From Deltaproteobacteria bacterium (GTDB lineage: Bacteria; Myxococcota_A; Polyangia; Polyangiales; Houyiibacteriaceae): a stretch of 64,000 nucleotides of DNA. Position numbers and translations under genes: made by a program. The stretch covers positions 29,362-93,361 of the forward strand of contig SHLP01000004.1 in assembly GCA_004283055.1 (NCBI GenBank), read 5' to 3'. Positions 1 through 9,576 of this stretch are shown piece after piece (the first letter of the stretch is position 1; each line of letters opens with the position of its first letter). The notes under the pieces were generated by a model. That model ran no database searches and had not been told where the DNA came from. It saw nothing but the letters and a program-made list of their open reading frames with translations.

Positions 1-495
1 ACTGAGGATCATCAGCACGTAGAGCGCGTACACGAGCAGATAGGTGAGACCCGCCAGCGGATTGTGACCGACGTTGAGCGGTGGGTCCTTGCTCAGCAGG
101 GAGTAGAACTTGATCATCCTCACGACGTCGCCGCGCCGCCGCTTCCCGATCGGGACGAACTGGTGCCAGCGCGCGTAGTACGAGCCGACGAACATCCAGA
201 CGAGGCGCACTGCTACCAGCAGCGCGAAGGCGATCGCGCTGTAGAAGTGCACGACCTTCATCGTGGCCATCACGAAGTGCTCGCCGCCCGGCTGCGCTGG
301 GATCAAGTACGGATTGCCGATGTAGATCCCGGTGATGGCGAGGATGAAGATCGCGATCATGGTGAACCAGTGGGTCGACCTGACCACGATGTCCCAAACA
401 TAGACGCGCTCAATGCCCCCGACATCGATCTTCTTCACCGCCACCTGGGGGCGAGCACCTCCCTTGACCGCGGCCGTCGGCGGAGGGGGCGTCAT
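1..495 (-). CDS. hupC: [NiFe]-hydrogenase b-type cytochrome subunit (HupC/HyaC family); 3' end cut by window edge
   Basis: Absent from the ORF track because it runs off the window. My minus-strand translation from the ATG at 495 gives MTPPPPTAAVKGGARPQVAVKKIDVGGIERVYVWDIVVRSTHWFTMIAIFILAITGIYIGNPYL...VGHNPLAGLTYLLVYALYVLMIL. It has TM helices plus the RxxHW and HNPL motifs typical of Ni/Fe-hydrogenase cytochrome b. The ATG overlaps the hupL stop (ATGA). Confidence 0.8.
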   Translation of the reverse strand, partial: MTPPPPTAAVKGGARPQVAVKKIDVGGIERVYVWDIVVRSTHWFTMIAIFILAITGIYIGNPYLIPAQPGGEHFVMATMKVVHFYSAIAFALLVAVRLVWMFVGSYYARWHQFVPIGKRRRGDVVRMIKFYSLLSKDPPLNVGHNPLAGLTYLLVYALYVLMILS

Positions 496-2198
496 CGCAC
501 CTTCACGCGAGTAATCTCGCGCCCTCCAGGTTCGACGACGTGCACGCCGCAGGCCATGCACGGGTCGAAGGAATGAACGGTCCTCAGAATTTCGATCGGC
601 TGCTCCGGGTCGGCGACCGGGGTACCCACCAGGGCGGCCTCGTAGGGACCTGGCACATCGCCCGAGTCCCGTGGGCCGGCGTTCCAGGTGCTTGGAACGA
701 CGCACTGGTAGCGCTCGATCTTTGCGTCTTTGACGTGAACCCAGTGCCCAAGCGACCCACGTGGCGCCTCGTGGAAGCCAGCGCCCATCGCATCGGCCGG
801 CCAGGTCTCCGGCTCCCACTTGCTGTTGTCGTGGATCCGAAGCTCGCCCTTGCCCATGTTGCCGGCAAGCTCGTCGACCCAGTCGCCGATCTTGTCGACC
901 AGGACCTGTGTTTCGATCCCGCGCGCCGCGACTCGCCCGAGCGTCGAGAACAAAGCCTCGGGTCCGACCCCAAGCGTCTTCAGGACGTGGTTGACCAGCC
1001 CCTGCACCTGCTCGTGCCCGCGAACGTACGAGACCAGCATTCGCGACAAGGGACCGACTTCCATCGGTACACCGCCGTAGCGGGGCGACTTGAGCCAGGA
1101 GTACTTCTTCGAGTCGTTCAGGCGTTCGAAGGGTGGCTCCGGACCGGTATAATTTGGGGTTGTTTCACCCTCCGACGGGTGCAGCGCCTGATCCTCGCCG
1201 CCCGCGTAGTCGTACCAGGAGTGCGTAATCTGCTCGGTGATTTGCGAGGGATCGAACTCCTCGACCTTTGAGATGTCGCGACCCCGGATGATGCCCGACG
1301 GAATGTAGAGCTCCGGATTGGCTCCGTCGTCGAGCGGGTACTCGCCGTACACCATGTAGTTGCCAACGCCGGCGCCATAGCCGGCCCAGTCTTTGTAAAA
1401 CGAGGCAACAGCGAGAAGGTCCGGGATGTAGACCTTGCTCACGAACTCCTGTGCGCCGGCGATCAGCTTCTTGAACTCCGCGATCGTGTGAATGTTCAGC
1501 GAAGCCTGCTTATCCGGGTCGACCGGGGTGGCCATACCGCCGACGAGGAAGCTCTGCAGATGCGGATTCTTCCCGCCCAAAATCGCGTGCATCTTGATGA
1601 ACTCACGCTGCCACTCGAGCGCTTCGAGATAGTGCGCAACCGCCATGAGATTCGCCGCGGGCGGGAGTTTGTAGGCGGAATGGCCCCAGTACGCGTTCGC
1701 AAACGGACCGAGCTGGCCTCGCTCGACCAGCCCTTTGACACGGTCTTGAATACCCTTGAAGTAGGTGGCGCTCGACTTCCCCCAGTCCGAGATCGACTGA
1801 GCAAGCGCCGCGGTTTCCTTCGGGTCCGCCTCGAGCGCCGACACGATGTCGACCCAGTCGAGCGCGTGCAGGTGATAGAAGTGGATCACGTGGTCCTGGA
1901 TGCACTGGGAGGCGATGATCAGATTTCGGAGGATCCGCGCATTGGGCGGCGGCTTGGCGCCGATCGCGTCCTCTACGGCGCGAATTGAAGCGATCGCGTG
2001 CACCGTGGTGCACACGCCGCAGATGCGCTGAGTAAAGGCCCACGCATCACGCGGGTCGCGCCCTTGCAAGATGATCTCGATGCCTCGGAACATGGTCGAG
2101 GAAGACCATGCGTCGGAGACCTGACCTCCCTCGATTTCCGCTTCGATGCGCAGGTGGCCTTCGATGCGGGTCACCGGGTCGACAACGATATGGGTCAT
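492..2198 (-). CDS. hupL: [NiFe]-hydrogenase large subunit (membrane-bound uptake type, group 1-like)
   Basis: 568 aa. N-terminal RIEGH and L1 motif RICGVCTTVH are present. C-terminal L2 motif DPCMACGVH is followed by a 15-aa tail (VVEPGGREITRVKVR), as expected for endopeptidase processing. Overlaps hupS by 4 nt. Confidence 0.95.
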   Translation of the reverse strand: MTHIVVDPVTRIEGHLRIEAEIEGGQVSDAWSSSTMFRGIEIILQGRDPRDAWAFTQRICGVCTTVHAIASIRAVEDAIGAKPPPNARILRNLIIASQCIQDHVIHFYHLHALDWVDIVSALEADPKETAALAQSISDWGKSSATYFKGIQDRVKGLVERGQLGPFANAYWGHSAYKLPPAANLMAVAHYLEALEWQREFIKMHAILGGKNPHLQSFLVGGMATPVDPDKQASLNIHTIAEFKKLIAGAQEFVSKVYIPDLLAVASFYKDWAGYGAGVGNYMVYGEYPLDDGANPELYIPSGIIRGRDISKVEEFDPSQITEQITHSWYDYAGGEDQALHPSEGETTPNYTGPEPPFERLNDSKKYSWLKSPRYGGVPMEVGPLSRMLVSYVRGHEQVQGLVNHVLKTLGVGPEALFSTLGRVAARGIETQVLVDKIGDWVDELAGNMGKGELRIHDNSKWEPETWPADAMGAGFHEAPRGSLGHWVHVKDAKIERYQCVVPSTWNAGPRDSGDVPGPYEAALVGTPVADPEQPIEILRTVHSFDPCMACGVHVVEPGGREITRVKVR

Positions 2199-3325
2199 TC
2201 TGCACCTCCTTCATCGGTCGCCTTGGGTGGGAGCAGCGATGCCCGGTCGCCGCCTGGCCCCGTGAACTTCTTTCCGAGGTGCACCAACGTATGGGCAGCG
2301 AACGCAGTGGTGACCCCGATGGTCGCCCAGAAGCCGATCTTGTCGATGTTCGAGCCCGTGCCGAAACCTGGGAAGCCGGGGAGATGTGCGTAGAACGGAG
2401 TCATCTTGTCCCAGAAGTCCGGTTCGGCGCAGCCGATGCAGCCGTGACCGCATGCGATCGGCCAGCTGGTGTTGTCGTTCCAACCGACGTTCGGGCAGTT
2501 CTGAAACGAGACGGGGCCCTTGCAGCCCATCTTGTACAGGCAGTGTCCGTCGCGGTGGGCTTCATCGCCCCACTGCTCGACGTACTGTCCGGTGTCGTAG
2601 TGCGCGCGCCGCTCGCAGTTGTCGTGAATCGACTTCCCGTACGCAAACAGCGGACGATTCAGCTTGTCGAGAGCCGGGAAGCGCCCGTAGGTCAGGAAAT
2701 AGACCAGAGTCGCGGTGAGGTTCTGGGCGTTCACCGGACAGGCCGACAGATTGATCAGATTCTTCACGTCGGGCACCGCGTCGGACACACCGAGCGCGCC
2801 CGTCGGATTTGGCGACGCCGCGGGAATCCCGCCAAACGATGCGCAGGTTCCGACCGCAATCGTCGCCAAGGCGTTGCCGCAGACTTCGTTCGAGATCTGA
2901 AGCGCCGACTTGCCGCCGACGGTGCAGTACGCGCCGTTCGCGCCGGTTGGAATCGAGCCCTCTACGACGGCGAGGTAGGCGCCCTTCTGATTCTCTACGA
3001 CGTGGTGGAGGTTCTCCTCCGCTTGGTGACCGGCTGCCGCCATGATCACCTCGTGGTAGTCGATCGAGATCAAATCGAGAATCACCTCGGCCGCGGTCGG
3101 CTTGCTCGCGCGGAGGAAGGATTCGGTGTTGCCTGCGCAGTCCTGGAAGTTGAGCCAAACCAGGGTTGGTTTCGGTTTGTTTTCGATCGCATCGGCGATC
3201 ATCGCGGTCGCGCCTTTCGGCAGACCAAACATCACCGCCATCGCAGAGCAGAAGCCCATGAACTCGCGACGTGAAACGCCGCGCGCCTCTAGTTCCTGCC
3301 GGAAGTCGTTTCCCGGTTCATTCAT
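2195..3325 (-). CDS. hupS: [NiFe]-hydrogenase small subunit with Tat signal peptide and C-terminal membrane anchor
   Basis: Twin-arginine motif SRREFMGF. Many Fe-S cluster cysteines are present (CxGC, GCxxP, CIGC). C-terminal TM segment IGFWATIGVTTAFAAHTLV. I prefer the ATG at 3325 (MNEPGN...), preceded by GGAGGAG 4-5 nt upstream, over the ORF-track start at 3364. Confidence 0.93.
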   Translation of the reverse strand: MNEPGNDFRQELEARGVSRREFMGFCSAMAVMFGLPKGATAMIADAIENKPKPTLVWLNFQDCAGNTESFLRASKPTAAEVILDLISIDYHEVIMAAAGHQAEENLHHVVENQKGAYLAVVEGSIPTGANGAYCTVGGKSALQISNEVCGNALATIAVGTCASFGGIPAASPNPTGALGVSDAVPDVKNLINLSACPVNAQNLTATLVYFLTYGRFPALDKLNRPLFAYGKSIHDNCERRAHYDTGQYVEQWGDEAHRDGHCLYKMGCKGPVSFQNCPNVGWNDNTSWPIACGHGCIGCAEPDFWDKMTPFYAHLPGFPGFGTGSNIDKIGFWATIGVTTAFAAHTLVHLGKKFTGPGGDRASLLPPKATDEGGAE

Positions 3326-3509
3326 TGGCTCCTCCTCGCAGCTGCAGAGCAAAGGATGCGGCATTAGTTCTATCGGCCGCCTTGTGGGACGACTCTACCG
3401 CCGCGAGTACCGAAAAAACAAGGTTGACGTCGCTCTTGCGCGTTGTTTTTGCGCACGTCGCGCGCATCTTTCGTTTCGAGCCGATCACGCGCAATATTTG
3501 CGCCGATAT

Positions 3510-3539
3510 TTGCCCGCGACAACAGGCCCACGCTAGCAT
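3510..3539 (+). promoter_or_regulatory. Candidate sigma70-like promoter for gdhA (TTGCCC-N18-TAGCAT) placed to give a near-leaderless transcript
   Basis: TTGCCC at 3510-3515 and TAGCAT at 3534-3539; the gdhA ATG is at 3547. No Shine-Dalgarno-like purine run lies between them. Pattern match by eye only. Confidence 0.25.
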
Positions 3540-3546
3540 CGCCTGA

Positions 3547-4818
3547 ATGACGGCTGAGGGAAAAGAGTATCGGTTCTTCGAAGTCGTCCAGGGCTACCTC
3601 GAGGAGGCGGCCGCGCTCACCGGCCTGCCGTCGCACGTCAAGGCGATCCTCGCCGAGCCGAAGAACGAGCTGATCGTGCATTTCCCGGTGCGAATGGACG
3701 ATGGACAAACCCGCGTGTTCAAGGGTTATCGCGTCCAGCACAACAACGTCCTAGGTCCGTACAAGGGCGGAATGCGGTACCACGAGCAGGTTTCACTCAA
3801 CGAGCTCAAGGCGCTGGCGACGCAGATGACCTGGAAGTGTGCGCTGCTCGGGATTCCGTTTGGCGGCGGCAAAGGCGGAATCAAATTCAATCCGCGCGAG
3901 CACTCGCTCGATGAGCTCCGGCGCATCACGCGGCGATTCACGCACGCTCTAGGGAGCAATATCGCGCCGTCGCACGACATTCCGGCCCCGGACATGGGAA
4001 CCAACGCCCAGACCATGGTTTGGATGATGGACACCTATATCAACACCGGGCCGACCTATGAGAAGAACGACCAGCGGGCTGTCGTGACCGGCAAGACCAT
4101 CAATGCGGGAGGGTCGGAGGGCCGCGAGGCAGCGACCGGCCAGGGGGTAGTCCATTGCATCAAAGAATGGGCGCGCGAGAGCCGCTTCGATCTAGAAGGC
4201 GCCACGGCGATCGTTCAGGGCTTCGGCAACGTCGGTTCAAACGCCGCTGTTCTCCTCTCGAAGCTCGGGGTTTCGACGATCGCGACCGGCGATCACTCCG
4301 GCTACCTGCGAAACGAAGAGGGCTTCAATGCGCACAAGCTTCAGGACTACGTCCAGGCGAAGGGCTCGATCGCAGGTTACCCGCGGGGCGACGCGATCTC
4401 GCGAAAAGAGTTTTTCGAAACCAAGGCAGACCTCTTCATTCCCGCCGCGCTCGAAAACCAAGTGGGTCCCGAGGAAGCAAACAATCTCGACGTACGCCTG
4501 ATCGCCGAGGGAGCGAACGGCCCGATCAACCCGGACGGAGCCGCGGTCCTGGCCGATCGCGGCATACCCGTGATCCCGGACATCCTAGCGAACGCGGGCG
4601 GTGTGACGGTTAGCTACTACGAGTGGGTGCAGAACCGGAACAGCGAGCACTGGGACTCTGAAGAAGTGCAGCGACGCTTGCTGCACATGATCCGCCGCGC
4701 GTATCAGCGGACGATGTTCTATGCGGCCGAAAAGAAGGTCGATCCCCGCATTGCCGCGTATGCCCTCGCGCTCGAAAGCCTCGCGACGTCGTACGCAGAG
4801 CGCGGTATCTTTCCGTAG
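3547..4818 (+). CDS. gdhA: Glutamate dehydrogenase (Glu/Leu/Phe/Val dehydrogenase family)
   Basis: 423 aa. Signature KGGMRYH...LLGIPFGGGKGGIKFNP and a C-terminal NAD(P)-binding GFGNVG motif. Confidence 0.93.
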   Translation: MTAEGKEYRFFEVVQGYLEEAAALTGLPSHVKAILAEPKNELIVHFPVRMDDGQTRVFKGYRVQHNNVLGPYKGGMRYHEQVSLNELKALATQMTWKCALLGIPFGGGKGGIKFNPREHSLDELRRITRRFTHALGSNIAPSHDIPAPDMGTNAQTMVWMMDTYINTGPTYEKNDQRAVVTGKTINAGGSEGREAATGQGVVHCIKEWARESRFDLEGATAIVQGFGNVGSNAAVLLSKLGVSTIATGDHSGYLRNEEGFNAHKLQDYVQAKGSIAGYPRGDAISRKEFFETKADLFIPAALENQVGPEEANNLDVRLIAEGANGPINPDGAAVLADRGIPVIPDILANAGGVTVSYYEWVQNRNSEHWDSEEVQRRLLHMIRRAYQRTMFYAAEKKVDPRIAAYALALESLATSYAERGIFP

Positions 4819-4876
4819 TTATCTGGAATTTCTGGACCTCGAGGAGGAGGCCGACGAGCCTCTGGCGCCTTGACAA

Positions 4877-5821
4877 TTGCGGTCTTCGGAAGCACTTCCA
4901 TCCGTCATGATTCCCCAGGCGGTCTTTGAAGGAACGATCCCGGACGAGGGCGTCGGGGACTTGCTCGGCGGGCTCGAAGAGATCCGCACCACCGGCGTCC
5001 TGACCTTCCAAAGCGAATCGGGCTCGGGCACCGTTCGGCTCGTCCAAGGTCAGGTTGCGGATGCAGAAATCTCGACCGACGAAGAACGCGCACTGCAGGT
5101 CTTGCTCAGCCTGCGCGAGGGCGAGTTTGCCGTCTACCCGAAGCTTCCGCACCTTCCGGTGTCGCGCGGTACGGACACCACGCGGCGCGGCTCGCTCGCC
5201 GTGCACCCACCGTCCGACTTGATGCGCTACTGCGAAGGCGCGGGCCTCACCGGGCGCCTCTTGCTCGAGCACCGGGGACGCCTCGCAATCGCCTATTATG
5301 AAAAGGGTGAGCTCCAGGACGTGAGCATCGATGGAGGGACCGCCGCCGACTACGTGCTGGCGCTCGAATGGACTGAAGGGACCTTCCGCGTCGACGCGGT
5401 GCCGCCGCCTCGAGAAACCTTGCCTCCCGCGCTTCGGGACACAGCGTCGAGCGCGCCCCCCAAAAACCCAACGGTCCTTCCCTTGCTCGACGCGTTTGAA
5501 GAGGGACTCGCGGAGCTGGGCCGCACCGACGCGACCCCCGTCTCCGGACTCGGTCCCAGGATGGAGCCCTACGACGAGGACGCGACCATCCGCATCATTC
5601 GCCGGCCTGGAGAGGACGATCTGCCGGAGCTTCGGCCGAGCTGGCACGCGCTCGACTATTCTCCCTCCTTTGCGACGGAATCTGCTAAAACCAGCTCCAT
5701 GAAGTCGAAGGACGACGGCAGGCCGATTGGGTTCTTGCGCACACTCGGATGGGTGAGCGCCGTTTTTCTCGTGGTCGCCGGCTGCCTCTGGCTTCTCGCC
5801 TCGCTCCCTCCACTGGAGTAG
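4877..5821 (+). CDS. DUF4388 (PATAN-like) domain protein with C-terminal TM anchor
   Basis: GDLLGGLEEIRTTGVLTFQSESGSGTVRLVQGQV resembles the DUF4388 signature common in myxobacteria. A second similar segment is LMRYCEGAGLTGRLLLEHRGRLAIAYYEKGEL. C-terminal hydrophobic helix WVSAVFLVVAGCLWLLA. The start is uncertain; the ATG at 4907 is also possible. Confidence 0.7.
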   Translation: MRSSEALPSVMIPQAVFEGTIPDEGVGDLLGGLEEIRTTGVLTFQSESGSGTVRLVQGQVADAEISTDEERALQVLLSLREGEFAVYPKLPHLPVSRGTDTTRRGSLAVHPPSDLMRYCEGAGLTGRLLLEHRGRLAIAYYEKGELQDVSIDGGTAADYVLALEWTEGTFRVDAVPPPRETLPPALRDTASSAPPKNPTVLPLLDAFEEGLAELGRTDATPVSGLGPRMEPYDEDATIRIIRRPGEDDLPELRPSWHALDYSPSFATESAKTSSMKSKDDGRPIGFLRTLGWVSAVFLVVAGCLWLLASLPPLE

Positions 5822-5831
5822 TCTGACCGCC

Positions 5832-7478
5832 GTGAGCCCGCGCTTGCGACCGGGACGCTGGCTGCCGAGCCGGATCGCCTTTGTACTTCTGGTCCCGCTT
5901 TTAGCGGCTGCCCCGATTGTGTCTTCGATCGCTGGTGCGCAGGATGCCGATCCGCCGGGCGAGCCCTATCGCCCTGGAGATGTCATCCCAGCCCCAGAAG
6001 AACGGGATGCATCGGAGCCCGAGGAGCCCGAGGAGCTTCGCGACACGTACGGCGTGGCGAGCGAGGTTCGTCATTCGGATCAGGTTTCCTCGCAGGTGCG
6101 CTACGTCCTCGAGGGCATCGTCGTCACCGGCAACAAGAGGACCAAGGCGCATCTGGTTCGTAAGTTCGTTCCTTTGAAGCAGGGGGACTTCCTCGACCCC
6201 GAATCACCGGAGCTCCTCGACACCGAATGGCGGCTGATGGGCACCGGCTGGTTCGATAGCGTCGACATCCGTCTCGAACGCGGCGCAGAGCGCGGCTACG
6301 TCGTGCTCGTCGTTGAGGTGAAGGAGCGCAACACCTTCGTCATCGAGGAGCTCGTTGCGGGCCTTTCGGAAGGGGTTCGGCGAACCACCGATAGCGGGCG
6401 GACGCTCTTTCCTTGGCTTGGTTTCAAGGTCACCGAGACCAACCTCGCCGGTCTCGGTATTCGCCTGTCCGGGACGGCGCTGCTGAGCGAGTTCCAGCAG
6501 GGCGGACGCTTGGACCTCGACTATCCCAAGCTCATCAAAAACGAATACGGGGTCCGCTTTGGCACCTTCTTTCTCAATGGCAGGGAGTTCTACGGGAACA
6601 ATCCCTTGGTCAGCGTGCCTTGCGGCGCCCCGACCTGCCCCGGCACCTCGGTGGTTAAGAACGCAGTCGTGCGCTACCGGCGGGGCGGTTTCATGGTGGG
6701 CACCGGCAAGGAGTTCACCACCAAGCTGCGCTACAGCCTGGATTGGATTGGTGACATCGTCAGCGTGCTCAGTCGCCCTCAGGCAGCGAGCGAGGTCGTC
6801 GGCAACGAAATCCAGCCGATCGATTTCGCGATTCAAGACGGCAGGAGCTTCGTTTCATCGCTTCGGTTCAGGCTGACCTTCGACAAACGGGACGACCCCG
6901 GCATCACCAAAGAAGGGGTCTTGTTCGTCGGGGACGTGATGCTTGGGACGCGTGCGCTTGGTAGCGATTACGACTTCATCAAGATCGACGTCTGGGTCAG
7001 GCGCTGGTGGCGGCTTCCGTGGAAGCACACGCTACGCATAGGTTTCTTCGGCGGCGCCGCCTTTGGCAACACCCCCTTCTTTTATCTCTACCACATCTCC
7101 GATCTCTCGGATCTGATCCCGTCGCGATTCCTCGAGATGCAGCTCGACGCGCGCCCGCCGCCGAACCTTCTGGGTACGTCGATCGAAAACAACTACCTCG
7201 GCGAGCTCGCCTGGCGGCTCGACCTCGGATACGACGTGCCCGTCTATCAAAGCGCGCGCGAGCGTGGCCTTCGCGAAGTCAATGTCTATGGGCTCATCGG
7301 TCTGATTTCGCTGACCGACCTCCGAAATCAGCGGACCGGTTTCGGCGGGTTCACCGGCTATAGCGGCATCTCTCGCTTCCCGTTGGATTTGACCTTCGAC
7401 TTCGGGTTTCGATTCGACACCCGGGTCGGCGTATTCCAGTTCGGCTTTTCGACGGTATTGGGGTTCGTACGCCTGTGA
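5832..7478 (+). CDS. Omp85/BamA-family outer-membrane beta-barrel protein with a POTRA-like segment
   Basis: GTG start. Signal peptide IAFVLLVPLLAAAPIVSSIAGAQD. POTRA-like VRYVLEGIVVTGNKRTKAHLVRKFVPLKQGDFLD. The C-terminal half has alternating hydrophobic strands rich in G/Y/F. At 548 aa it is shorter than canonical BamA. Confidence 0.8.
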   Translation: MSPRLRPGRWLPSRIAFVLLVPLLAAAPIVSSIAGAQDADPPGEPYRPGDVIPAPEERDASEPEEPEELRDTYGVASEVRHSDQVSSQVRYVLEGIVVTGNKRTKAHLVRKFVPLKQGDFLDPESPELLDTEWRLMGTGWFDSVDIRLERGAERGYVVLVVEVKERNTFVIEELVAGLSEGVRRTTDSGRTLFPWLGFKVTETNLAGLGIRLSGTALLSEFQQGGRLDLDYPKLIKNEYGVRFGTFFLNGREFYGNNPLVSVPCGAPTCPGTSVVKNAVVRYRRGGFMVGTGKEFTTKLRYSLDWIGDIVSVLSRPQAASEVVGNEIQPIDFAIQDGRSFVSSLRFRLTFDKRDDPGITKEGVLFVGDVMLGTRALGSDYDFIKIDVWVRRWWRLPWKHTLRIGFFGGAAFGNTPFFYLYHISDLSDLIPSRFLEMQLDARPPPNLLGTSIENNYLGELAWRLDLGYDVPVYQSARERGLREVNVYGLIGLISLTDLRNQRTGFGGFTGYSGISRFPLDLTFDFGFRFDTRVGVFQFGFSTVLGFVRL

Positions 7479-8068
7479 GATTCGGACTTGCGGCCTTGGT
7501 CTTGCTGATCGCAGCGGTCGCCTACGGCCAGTCGAAGCTACCCGTCCGCGATTTCGGAGTGACCTGGTCACGCGGCGCAGCACGGGTGTCGTTCTCCGCG
7601 GTGGATCTAGCCGATGAACGTGTGCGACGGGAGCTGTCGAGCGGGCTTCGAAAACGCATGGAAGTGACCGTCTCCGCACACCTGAGCGGCTCGAACTGGA
7701 AGATGGGCGTCCGGCAATTTGGCTGTGACGTGACGCGTGACCTCTGGGAGGACGGCTACCTCGTTCGCATCGGCGATCAAAGCGAGCGGCTCAAGACACT
7801 CGAACAGGTGCTCGACCGCTGCCTGATCGTCAAAGGCCTCTTCGTCGGAGAGCCAAAGAGCTACGAGCTTCAAAGAGGGAGAGACATCTACTTCGCTGTG
7901 AAAGCGGAGTTCAATCCGATCTCCAAAAGACAGTGCACCGAGCTCATCCGCCCTGCCTCCGGCGCAGATCCGGTTGGGCCGATCAGTGTCAACATCGTCC
8001 GGCGCCGAATCTGCAAAGCAGAGCGCAGCATCGTGTTCCGGAGCGAGATCTTCGAGGTGCCCGAATGA
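7475..8068 (+). CDS. Secreted hypothetical protein, possibly DUF4390-like
   Basis: The GTG start overlaps the upstream stop (GTGA). Signal peptide LAALVLLIAAVAYGQS. Sits directly upstream of an NtrY-like kinase, the usual position of DUF4390 proteins. The family assignment is from memory only. Confidence 0.6.
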   Translation: MRFGLAALVLLIAAVAYGQSKLPVRDFGVTWSRGAARVSFSAVDLADERVRRELSSGLRKRMEVTVSAHLSGSNWKMGVRQFGCDVTRDLWEDGYLVRIGDQSERLKTLEQVLDRCLIVKGLFVGEPKSYELQRGRDIYFAVKAEFNPISKRQCTELIRPASGADPVGPISVNIVRRRICKAERSIVFRSEIFEVPE

Positions 8069-9576
8069 GCCGGTTCGAGCGGAAGATCTTGTTCGCAATC
8101 GGCTTGGCGGTGTTTCTAGCGCTCGGCGGAAGCATTTTCCTCGCTCAGGGCGCCCTGCGCGACGTGTACGCGGTTGGGGTCAACGAGCGCTTCGGCGCCG
8201 AGCTCGTCCACGGCGTGGAGGCGCGTCGAGGGCAACTCATGGCGCTCCGAGAGGGTTCCGATCAGGCCGCAGACGCCGTCCTTTGGGCCATCGAGGCGCA
8301 GCTTGCCAGCAGTCGAAGCGGTCGGAGGCTCGAACGTCCTCTTGGCGAGCTCCTCGCGCGCTACGAGATGGTTCAGAGCATTCGGGTCATCGACGGCGCG
8401 GGCCAAACTGTGGCAACGGTGGCTCGCTCGCCCGACCGGCGCGGCGATGAGCTGCGCACCACGATTCGCGATCGCGAGACCGGCGTCGGCGCGCAGCGGT
8501 TCCGAATCGCCGTCGAGGTCTCGGTGCCCGAGAGGTACTTCCAGCGCCTACAAGAAGCCGGCGAGGTTGCCGATGTGTACTCGCGGCTGCAGCAGCAGGG
8601 CGCTTCGATCTCCGACGTCTACGCCTGGGTCTTCGGGGTGCTCGCGTTTCTCGTCATTCTCGTCGCGTTCTTGATCGGTGCGATCGTGTCACGTCGTGTC
8701 ACGCGTCGCGTGACCGACTTGGCCGAAGCTTCCCGAAGAGTCGGCGCTGGCGATCTCACCGTCGCCCTTCCAACCGGCGCCAGAGATGAGGTCGCCGAGC
8801 TTACGATGGCGTTCAACGAGATGGTTCACGACCTTCGCGATTCGCGCACGCGCATCGAGTACTTGCAGCGCATCGGCGCCTGGCAGGATTTCGCTCGTCG
8901 TCTCGCACACGAGATCAAAAACCCGCTCACACCCATTCAACTCGCCGCGCAGGAGATGGCTGAAACCTACGAAGGCGAAGACGAGGTCTTTCAGAAGAAG
9001 CTCCAGCAGGCGCGGGCAATCATTGAAGAAGAGGTCGCTACACTTCGTCGGCTCGTCGGCGAATTCAGCGCTTTTGCCAAGCTTCCGAGGGCCGATCTGT
9101 CCCCGTCCGATCTCTGCGAGCTCATGCACAGCATCGAGAATTCGATTCCCGCCGTCCTCGAAGACGTGGGTCACGGAGTCGCGGCACCCGTCGAAGTTCG
9201 CCTGAGTTGTGCAACGGAGCCCATCCGAGTGCGTATGGACCCCATGATGCTCAAGCGCGGGGTCGACAACATCGTGCGAAATGCGATTCAGGCGGTCTAC
9301 GGAGCCCACCCGAACGGGGGTGGCCGTGTGCTCGTTCATGCCTACCAGAGCAAGGGGTCGGGCTTCGTGGAGGTCCGCGACAATGGTCCTGGCATCGACG
9401 AGGAACACTGGGAGCGTGTGTTTGATCCGTACTACACGAGCAAGGCTGAAGGCACGGGGCTTGGCTTGGCGATCGTGAAGAAAGTGGTGTTGGAGCACGG
9501 GGGCCAAGTGCGCCTCGATCGAGCGCTCGAAGGGGGCGCGCGGTTCAGGATTGAGCTCCCGCTGATGGAGTCATGA
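8065..9576 (+). CDS. Sensor histidine kinase, NtrY-like (2 TM, HAMP, HisKA, HATPase_c)
   Basis: ATG at 8065 (MSRFERKILFAIGLAVFLALGG...) overlaps the upstream stop (ATGA). H-box FARRLAHEIKNPLTPIQLAAQEM. N, G1 and G2 boxes are present (RNAIQA, DNGPGI, GTGLGLAIV). No response regulator gene is adjacent. Confidence 0.9.
   Translation: MSRFERKILFAIGLAVFLALGGSIFLAQGALRDVYAVGVNERFGAELVHGVEARRGQLMALREGSDQAADAVLWAIEAQLASSRSGRRLERPLGELLARYEMVQSIRVIDGAGQTVATVARSPDRRGDELRTTIRDRETGVGAQRFRIAVEVSVPERYFQRLQEAGEVADVYSRLQQQGASISDVYAWVFGVLAFLVILVAFLIGAIVSRRVTRRVTDLAEASRRVGAGDLTVALPTGARDEVAELTMAFNEMVHDLRDSRTRIEYLQRIGAWQDFARRLAHEIKNPLTPIQLAAQEMAETYEGEDEVFQKKLQQARAIIEEEVATLRRLVGEFSAFAKLPRADLSPSDLCELMHSIENSIPAVLEDVGHGVAAPVEVRLSCATEPIRVRMDPMMLKRGVDNIVRNAIQAVYGAHPNGGGRVLVHAYQSKGSGFVEVRDNGPGIDEEHWERVFDPYYTSKAEGTGLGLAIVKKVVLEHGGQVRLDRALEGGARFRIELPLMES

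Noticed and set aside
64-576. A 170-aa plus-strand ORF at the left edge.
   Set aside because: The opposite strand encodes a convincing hydrogenase cytochrome b (HupC) that is codon-coupled to hupL. The plus-strand translation has no features.
3340-3356. A possible sigma54 (-24/-12) element for the hydrogenase operon (plus strand GCAAAGGATGCGGCA).
   Set aside because: The position corresponding to the -24 GG dinucleotide does not match. The element lies only ~15-30 nt from the hupS ATG, and no TGGCAC-N5-TTGC was seen elsewhere in 3326-3546.
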